From NCBI GenBank assembly GCA_965203175.1, contig OZ241867.1:1824001-1888000 (forward strand): a DNA stretch of 64,000 nucleotides. Reading direction: 5' to 3'. This DNA comes from Candidatus Latescibacterota bacterium. Lineage in GTDB: Bacteria > Latescibacterota > UBA2968 > UBA8231. Of this stretch, positions 57,766 to 64,000 are shown one piece after another. Position numbers and translations under genes: made by a program. Position 1 is the stretch's first letter. Every line of letters begins with the position of its first letter. The notes under the pieces are model-generated. The model ran no database searches, was not told where the DNA came from, and saw only the letters and a program-made list of their open reading frames with translations.

Positions 57766-59208
57766 ATGATCGACCAGAAGATGGAAAGCTACTTTGCCGA
57801 TTGGGCCAAGCGGGAGGAGGTCGCCGAGTCCATGGTCCCGCTCATCGGCAAACTCTACCGGAATTACGGCGTGGTCACCACGATCTACGGTCGCTCCCTG
57901 GTGCACAACTCCACAATTGACATCCTCAAGGCCCACCGCTTTGCTCGCCAGGTGATCAAGGACGAACTCTGCATGTTTTCGAGCTTTGCGGTCCTCCAGG
58001 CCCTGTCCCAGCTGAATCTGGCCCCGACGCGGATAGATATCGGCAAGCTGACTACTAGATTCCAGAGAAGTAAAGCGAACGGGGATGTGGATGCTTTTGT
58101 GCGCCGGGAACTGGCTGAGATCAATGGCGGTAAGACGCTGCTGGACAAGCCGCAGGACGTGGTGCTCTACGGCTTTGGCCGGGTCGGACGCATCTTGGCG
58201 CGGATCCTGATCGCGCGCAGCGGCGGGGGCGATAAGTGGCGGCTGCGAGCCGTGGTGGTGCGCACGGGCTCGGAGAGCGACCTAGTGAAACGGGCCAGTC
58301 TGCTGCGGCGAGACTCCATTCACGGCCCCTTCAAGGGGACCATCGTCATGGACCAGGAAGAGAACGCCATCATCGCCAATGGCAACATGATCCGCCTCCT
58401 CTACTCGGACACCCCGGAGGACGTGGATTACAGCGCCTACGGCATTGAAAGCGCCATTGTGCTCGACAACACCGGCGTCTGGCGGGACCGCGAGGGCCTC
58501 CAGCGCCACCTCCGTGCCCCGGGGGTCGCCAAGGTCGTCCTGACCGCACCCGGCAAGGGCGATGTCCCAAATATAGTCTACGGCATCAACAACGATTGCA
58601 TTGTGGAGGAAGAACAGATTCTCTCCGCCGGCAGCTGTACTACCAATGCCATCGCGCCGGTGATCAAGGTCGTGCACGACCGCTACGGCATCGCCAGCGG
58701 TCACATCGAGACCTGCCATTCCTACACCAACGACCAGAATCTCATCGACAACTATCACAAGCACGAGCGGCGGGGGCGCGGGGCGCCGCTGAACATGGTC
58801 ATAACGGACACAGGGGCGGCCAGCGCCGTGATCAAGGTCCTGCCGAAATTAAAAGGCAGGCTCACGGCCAATGCCATTCGCGTGCCCACGCCCAATGTCT
58901 CCCTCGCCATTTTGAATTTGAACCTGGAACGGGAAGTCGGCACAGAGGAGATCAACACCTACCTGCGGGATATCTCCCTCGATGTGCCCCTAGGGGGCCA
59001 AATCGATTACACGAGCTCGCCCGAGGTGGTATCGAGCGACTTCGTCGGCAATGAGAAAGCCGGCATCGTCGACTCGGGAGCGACCATTACCCAAGGCAAA
59101 CGCTGCGTGTTGTACGTGTGGTACGACAACGAGTACGGCTACAGCGCCCAGGTGATCCGCATCCTGCAGCACATATCCGGTCTCGAATTGCCCTATTTTC
59201 CCAAGTAA
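57766..59208 (+). CDS. gap: Glyceraldehyde-3-phosphate dehydrogenase, long form with N-terminal extension
   Basis: LYGFGRVGR, SAGSCTTNA, HSYTNDQ, TGAA, AIRVPTPNVS, WYDNEYGY. Confidence 0.92.
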   Translation: MIDQKMESYFADWAKREEVAESMVPLIGKLYRNYGVVTTIYGRSLVHNSTIDILKAHRFARQVIKDELCMFSSFAVLQALSQLNLAPTRIDIGKLTTRFQRSKANGDVDAFVRRELAEINGGKTLLDKPQDVVLYGFGRVGRILARILIARSGGGDKWRLRAVVVRTGSESDLVKRASLLRRDSIHGPFKGTIVMDQEENAIIANGNMIRLLYSDTPEDVDYSAYGIESAIVLDNTGVWRDREGLQRHLRAPGVAKVVLTAPGKGDVPNIVYGINNDCIVEEEQILSAGSCTTNAIAPVIKVVHDRYGIASGHIETCHSYTNDQNLIDNYHKHERRGRGAPLNMVITDTGAASAVIKVLPKLKGRLTANAIRVPTPNVSLAILNLNLEREVGTEEINTYLRDISLDVPLGGQIDYTSSPEVVSSDFVGNEKAGIVDSGATITQGKRCVLYVWYDNEYGYSAQVIRILQHISGLELPYFPK

Positions 59209-59231
59209 TCCAATAGCAGGGACAGAGTTCT

Positions 59232-60377
59232 ATGCGAGAAAAGCGAGAAGCCAAATACCGGGTCGGCGTCATTGGCTGCGGACGGGCCGGCACCAGCCGA
59301 GCCCGGGCCTTTGACGTGCACCCCTTGTGCGAGGTGGTGGCCATTGCCGATACAGATGCGGAAAATCTGGCGCTGGGTTGCCGCCGCTTCGGGGTGCCCG
59401 GCTACGCCACCTACGAGGAGATGTTGGCACGCGAATCGATCGATATCGCCATGCCAGTGCTGCCGGTGAGAGCCAACGCCGGAGCAGTAGTGGCCGCGGC
59501 CGAGGCCGGGGCCAAGGCCATCTTTTGCGAAAAACCGCTGACGGCCCAATTGTCCGAAGCTGACCGCATGGTGGAGAGCTGCCAACAGCGGGGCGTGTAC
59601 CTGGCCTCGGGCGTCATGGTGTCGAGTCATCCAGACTACCGCCGGGCCTACGAGTTGGCCGCAGGGGGGGAGATTGGTCAAGTGGAGCGCATCAATCTGT
59701 ACGGCGGCAACGGCCAGGGTGGCTGCCATGGTTTGAACTTGACGCGCAAGTTCGCCGCCAAGGCACCGGCAGAGTGGGTCGTCGGCCGGGTCGGAGGCGA
59801 TCCCCACAGCGACCACGAGGAACCTTACGAGGAAGGAGCCACTGGTTTCGGCGGAGTGGGTGGGTACATTCGCTTTGGCAATGGCATAGAGTGTTTCAGC
59901 AGTTTCCCAGGCCCGACTTGGCGCGGCATCGAGGTGGTGGGCCGCGAGGGACTGATCTGCAATTGGAACAATACGGGCCTAGGTTTGCGCCTGTTCAAGC
60001 ACAGCGGTCGAGGGGCCCCTCTGGTCGAGGTGGAAGGGGTGTTCGAGCAATACACCGAGGAGGAGAGAGGGTACGACGACGAGGGCTGGCAGGATCCCGG
60101 GCCGGTGATGCGGGCCATTGTCGAGGATATCGTCCGCGTCCTCGAAGAAGGCGGAGACTTGGCAATCACCAGCGGCGACGATTTGCGCCATGCCTTGGAG
60201 TTGGCCGTGGCCCTGCGCGAGTCGCACCGACAGGGCAGGGTCCAAGTGTCCCTGCCCTTGGCGGATCGCTCCCTAGTGATGTACCCGGAAAAGAGCCGCT
60301 GGAACTATAAGAAAGACCTCATAGGTCGAGCCGCTTATATGGAGCAGATGGCGCGCCAGGTCGAGGAGGGCGTCTGA
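59232..60377 (+). CDS. Gfo/Idh/MocA oxidoreductase
   Basis: VGVIGCGRAG, YEEMLARE.IDI, IFCEKP. Confidence 0.85.
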   Translation: MREKREAKYRVGVIGCGRAGTSRARAFDVHPLCEVVAIADTDAENLALGCRRFGVPGYATYEEMLARESIDIAMPVLPVRANAGAVVAAAEAGAKAIFCEKPLTAQLSEADRMVESCQQRGVYLASGVMVSSHPDYRRAYELAAGGEIGQVERINLYGGNGQGGCHGLNLTRKFAAKAPAEWVVGRVGGDPHSDHEEPYEEGATGFGGVGGYIRFGNGIECFSSFPGPTWRGIEVVGREGLICNWNNTGLGLRLFKHSGRGAPLVEVEGVFEQYTEEERGYDDEGWQDPGPVMRAIVEDIVRVLEEGGDLAITSGDDLRHALELAVALRESHRQGRVQVSLPLADRSLVMYPEKSRWNYKKDLIGRAAYMEQMARQVEEGV

Positions 60378-60417
60378 GAAGCTCTCTACCACCGCTCCCG
60401 AGAAAGGCACAACGACA

Positions 60418-61392
60418 ATGTCTCATTTGCCGGCCATTCAGATCGAAACCTTAACAACCATTCGCCAGGATGCCAACCACAACGCCTTCACGGATCTCTG
60501 CTCGTACTCGGGCAGATTCTACCTGACCTTCCGGAGCTCTCCCGACGGCCACGGCGTCGCGAGCTCTGGCAGCGTCGTCGTTCTCGAGAGCGACGACGGT
60601 CGGAATTGGTCAGAGGCATTCACCTTTTGCGTCCCAGGCCGCGACACGCGCGATCCCCATTTCCTCGTCTTCAAGGGATCGTTGTTCGTCTACACCGGTA
60701 CCTGGCTGCTGCCGGAGGCGGGCCTCCCCCTGAACCTCAACGAAGCTATCGGGTACGCTGCGTGGACTGCGGACGGATCCGAGTGGAGCGGCCCGACGCA
60801 GATGGAGGGCACGCACGCCCATTACGTCTGGCGGGCGGCGGCGCACGGCGACCGCGCGTTTTTGTGCGCCCGGCGCCGGCGCGCGTACGAGTCCGGCATA
60901 GCGGACGAGCAGGAGCCCGAGTCGATCGAGGCGGCGGTACTCGAAAGTGCTGACGGCCTAGTGTGGTCTTTCCGGTCTCTCTTCGTCGAGGATTTCGGCG
61001 ATGAAACCGCGTTCCTGTTCGAAGCCGATGATTCCGCGGTGGCGCTGGTTCGCGGCGGCGGCGAAGCGCCGGCTCGCGTCTGTCGGTCGGCACCCCCTTG
61101 GACGGTCTGGACATCCGTATCTCTCGACCGCAATGTCGGTGGCCCCTTACTGGCGCGCTGGGGCGACCGCTACCTCGTGGGAGGGCGCAAAATCAAGGCA
61201 GACGACACCCGGATGACCTCGCTCTACTGGCTGCACGAAGACGCGCTGCACGAAGCAGTGGAGCTGCCGAGCGGTGGCGACTGCTCTTATCCCGGGTTTG
61301 TGGCGCTGAGTGAAGAACGAGGACTGCTGTCTTATTACTCGAGCCATGAAGGCAACACGTCCATCTACCTCGCCGAACTAACAGTGCGCTAG
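60418..61392 (+). CDS. Hypothetical sialidase/BNR-like beta-propeller protein
   Basis: HNAFTDL, Asp-box-like SDDGRNW and SADGLVW, DTRDP, LPSGGDCSYPG, SYYSSHEG. Confidence 0.65.
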   Translation: MSHLPAIQIETLTTIRQDANHNAFTDLCSYSGRFYLTFRSSPDGHGVASSGSVVVLESDDGRNWSEAFTFCVPGRDTRDPHFLVFKGSLFVYTGTWLLPEAGLPLNLNEAIGYAAWTADGSEWSGPTQMEGTHAHYVWRAAAHGDRAFLCARRRRAYESGIADEQEPESIEAAVLESADGLVWSFRSLFVEDFGDETAFLFEADDSAVALVRGGGEAPARVCRSAPPWTVWTSVSLDRNVGGPLLARWGDRYLVGGRKIKADDTRMTSLYWLHEDALHEAVELPSGGDCSYPGFVALSEERGLLSYYSSHEGNTSIYLAELTVR

Positions 61393-61427
61393 TTGCCTGC
61401 TTGGGACCGCGTTCAGAGGCGCTCCAA

Positions 61428-62588
61428 TCAGTAGTCCCGCAGAGCGCCATCGGGTCCAATCACCGGCTCCCGGGTATACGGCTCAGGCGGGTAGTGCGGG
61501 AACGCTTCGTCGTTCAGTTCAATTCCAATGCCGGGAGCCTGCGGAACGATCAGGAAACCGCCCTCGCGCCGCAGTGGCATCTCGACCAGATCCCGTTTCG
61601 GGGCATCGTACTCATCCCTCGGGTATTCCTGGATGGCGACGTTGTGGATGGCGGCGTCGAGTTGCACGCACGCCGCGGTCAGGACGCAACTCAGCGGGTT
61701 GTGCGGGGCGACTCCCACGTAGCTTGCTTCGGCCAGCGCCGCGATCTTTTTGCAATTCGTGATTCCACCGGCGAGCGACAGGTCCGGTCGGATGTACGAG
61801 GCTCCCTTGTGGGCCAGCAACTCGCGGAACTGGTAGGCGGTGTAGAGCCGCTCGCCCATAGCCACTGGCACCGGCATATTGGCCGCGACATAACCCCACG
61901 CATCCATGTTCTCAGGCTCGATGGGATCTTCGAAAAAAAACAAGCCATAGGGCTCGAGCGCCTTGGCCACCTCGATGGCCTCCGGCGGCGTGAGGCGGTT
62001 GACCACATCCACCATGAGATCGATCTCGTCACCCACGGCGTCGCGGATCGCCTGCAAGGTAGCCGCGGCGTGCTTAGCCATGCCGCGGAACGACAGTTGC
62101 TCTAAGCTTGTGCCCTCGCCAGACGCAAAGGCTCCGAACGGATAGAGGCGCAAGGCTGTATAGCCGGCCTCGACCATGCGCCGGGCGTCTTCGGCCAACT
62201 CCGCAGGGGAGTTGCCATGCAGATGTGAGTACACGCGTACGCGCTCCCGTGTGGGACCGCCCAATAGCGAGTGGACGGGTAACTCGGCAACCTTCCCCTT
62301 GATGTCCCACAGCGCGATGTCGATTGCCCCGATCGCAGCCATGCTGTCTGCGCCGCCGCGAAACACGCAGCGGCGGAACATGTGCTGCCAATTGCGCTCA
62401 ATGTGGAGGGGGTCCTTGCCGACTAGGTACTCGGCGCAGTAATCCACTGCCGCAATGGGTGCAAACGGCCAGCCGCTGGTACCGCTTGCGGGGTGCAACT
62501 CGCCGACACCCGATATGCCCTCGTCGGTGTGCACCCGCACGTAGATAAAGCGGCTGGCCCGCAGGGTCTCAATCCTCGTGACTTTCAT
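61428..62588 (-). CDS. Galactonate dehydratase-like enolase-superfamily enzyme
   Basis: AIDIALWDIKGK, FFEDP, MGERL, RPDLSLAGGI, PHNPLS. Confidence 0.88.
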   Translation of the reverse strand: MKVTRIETLRASRFIYVRVHTDEGISGVGELHPASGTSGWPFAPIAAVDYCAEYLVGKDPLHIERNWQHMFRRCVFRGGADSMAAIGAIDIALWDIKGKVAELPVHSLLGGPTRERVRVYSHLHGNSPAELAEDARRMVEAGYTALRLYPFGAFASGEGTSLEQLSFRGMAKHAAATLQAIRDAVGDEIDLMVDVVNRLTPPEAIEVAKALEPYGLFFFEDPIEPENMDAWGYVAANMPVPVAMGERLYTAYQFRELLAHKGASYIRPDLSLAGGITNCKKIAALAEASYVGVAPHNPLSCVLTAACVQLDAAIHNVAIQEYPRDEYDAPKRDLVEMPLRREGGFLIVPQAPGIGIELNDEAFPHYPPEPYTREPVIGPDGALRDY

Positions 62589-62599
62589 CTCCGTCTGTC

Positions 62600-63694
62600 T
62601 CAATTACGCTCGGCAACATCAACCGCTACGCCTTCCTCGCGTCCCTGCAACGCCCCACTCCCCATCATCGCAATCTCCAACGCCCTCAACCCATCGCGGT
62701 GATCAACAGCAAAGGGCGCTCCAGCGCGGCACTGGTCGATATAGTGGGCCACCTCGGCCTTGTACGCCGGCCCAAAGCGCTCGATAAAAAACGGCACTTC
62801 CGCACCGTAATCGCGCAGGGCGAATTCCCGCCGCTCGATTAAGCCCCGCCGACCAAATACCTCCACCTCCACCGAGAGCGGGTCCTCACTAAAGGCCCCC
62901 ACATGCACCAACCCCTCCGTCCCGTAAACCCATGTCTCATTGCGATACCCAGCCACGTGATTGCGGCTCACCGTCACTTGGCCGATCAGATTCTCGGGAA
63001 AGTACATCTGCAAGAGGGCATCGTCGAAATCTTCTTTGACATCTGTGTGCTGCTGGTTGTAAATGAGGCTGCCAAAACCCGCCAGCCGCTCGGGCTGCTG
63101 CCCGCCAAGCCAGACGATCTCGTCGATATTGTGCACCGCCATATCCGAGAGTATGCCGGAGCTATTGTACCCCTCGGGCGGCGGCACTGGATCTTCGAGA
63201 ATCGAGACGATCTTGAACGGCGCGCCGATAGCGCCTTGATCCAACAGGTCTTTCGTCCACAACAGCGGCGCGTCAAAGCGGCGCATAAAAGCCTGCATCA
63301 GCGCCGTGCAGCGGAAATCGTCGGCGTCTAGATAGGCGGCAAACTCCCGCGCTGTGGCCAGAGAGTGCGTCAGCGGCTTTTCCATCAGCACGCGCCAGCC
63401 CGCGTCGATCAAGGTCTGGGCATCGCGGTAGTGGTTTTCAGTGCGCGAGGCAATGAACGCGCCGTCGGCTGCATCAGCCGCGGCTAGTTCCTCTACGTCT
63501 TTGAAAACACTAATCGCCGTTTCTTGACCCGCCTGTAGCTGAGCCGCGACCTCGGCGGCCAAGTCGCCGTAGCCATCTACTACCGCTGTCAACGCGCAAT
63601 CGCCCCGCTCGCTGGCCAGCTCTTGGACGTGGCGGGCGTGAAAGGCACCAATCCGGCCGACGCCTACAACCGCTATTCTAAAACGTTCCGCCAT
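62600..63694 (-). CDS. Gfo/Idh/MocA oxidoreductase (inositol dehydrogenase-like)
   Basis: VVGVGRIG, VLMEKP, FMRRFD, DMAVHNID. Confidence 0.85.
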   Translation of the reverse strand: MAERFRIAVVGVGRIGAFHARHVQELASERGDCALTAVVDGYGDLAAEVAAQLQAGQETAISVFKDVEELAAADAADGAFIASRTENHYRDAQTLIDAGWRVLMEKPLTHSLATAREFAAYLDADDFRCTALMQAFMRRFDAPLLWTKDLLDQGAIGAPFKIVSILEDPVPPPEGYNSSGILSDMAVHNIDEIVWLGGQQPERLAGFGSLIYNQQHTDVKEDFDDALLQMYFPENLIGQVTVSRNHVAGYRNETWVYGTEGLVHVGAFSEDPLSVEVEVFGRRGLIERREFALRDYGAEVPFFIERFGPAYKAEVAHYIDQCRAGAPFAVDHRDGLRALEIAMMGSGALQGREEGVAVDVAERN

Positions 63695-63756
63695 GGGCAA
63701 ATCTCTGTGGTCAATCCTCAATGGTTATGGAAGAACCCGAAAATTTGACCGACTTC

Positions 63757-64000
63757 TCACGCCGCCAGCTCCCGCAAATGGTCGCGGAAGCGAATGGTCT
63801 CCGCCAGCGTGTCGCAGCCTTCATAGCCCTCTCCCCAGCAGTACTCCAACTCGAGCCAGCCGCGATAACCGCTCGTGCGCATGACCTCCAATATGCGCCC
63901 GAAATCCAAGGTATTGCGCTCAAAGTTCGCTTGGCCGTTGCCCCGGCACGCCCCTCGGACGTGGAAGTGACTGGCGTGCTGAATTAAAACCTCCACCTCG
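63757..64000 (-). CDS. C-terminal part of a sugar-phosphate isomerase/epimerase (xylose isomerase-like TIM barrel)
   Basis: HFHVRG...LDFGRILE...GYRGWLELEY; 5' end outside window. Confidence 0.7.
   Translation of the reverse strand, partial: EVEVLIQHASHFHVRGACRGNGQANFERNTLDFGRILEVMRTSGYRGWLELEYCWGEGYEGCDTLAETIRFRDHLRELAA

Noticed and set aside
1-64000. tRNA, rRNA or cobalamin riboswitch
   Set aside because: No cloverleaf, rRNA-like tract or B12-box recognised in the intergenic regions by eye; an Infernal/Rfam scan would be decisive

Overview
GC-rich bacterial DNA. The gene repertoire (paired FlgD/gliding-motility-CTD exoproteins, a C-terminal TWGxVK motif, many enolase, Gfo/Idh/MocA and PhyH genes) resembles Ca. 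Latescibacterota or related FCB-group heterotrophs; this is inference. The window holds about 50 CDS: catabolic enzymes, a YejABEF-type peptide ABC transporter with two binding proteins, and two paralogous TonB-dependent receptors bracketing a B12-photoreceptor (CarH/LitR) lipid-modification cluster with a readable 11-bp-periodic operator. It also has vapBC, ferritin, a NagB-deacetylase fusion, a frameshifted Na+/solute symporter, a half-size GlnE, a DUF455/ATP-grasp fusion, and a rearranged variable region (macro domain, SWIM protein, Zn-ribbon, beta-helix exoprotein, DUF4143-type ATPase). No rRNA, tRNA, CRISPR, transposase or integrase was seen. The most unusual signal is non-coding: gene ends are repeatedly duplicated as 35-70 bp direct repeats. 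The clearest case is a 68-bp near-perfect repeat flanking an apparently foreign enolase gene. Several genes also survive only as truncated or internally collapsed remnants. Together these suggest a transposase-free gene-cassette turnover process. All product calls come from motif recognition by eye, not database searches.
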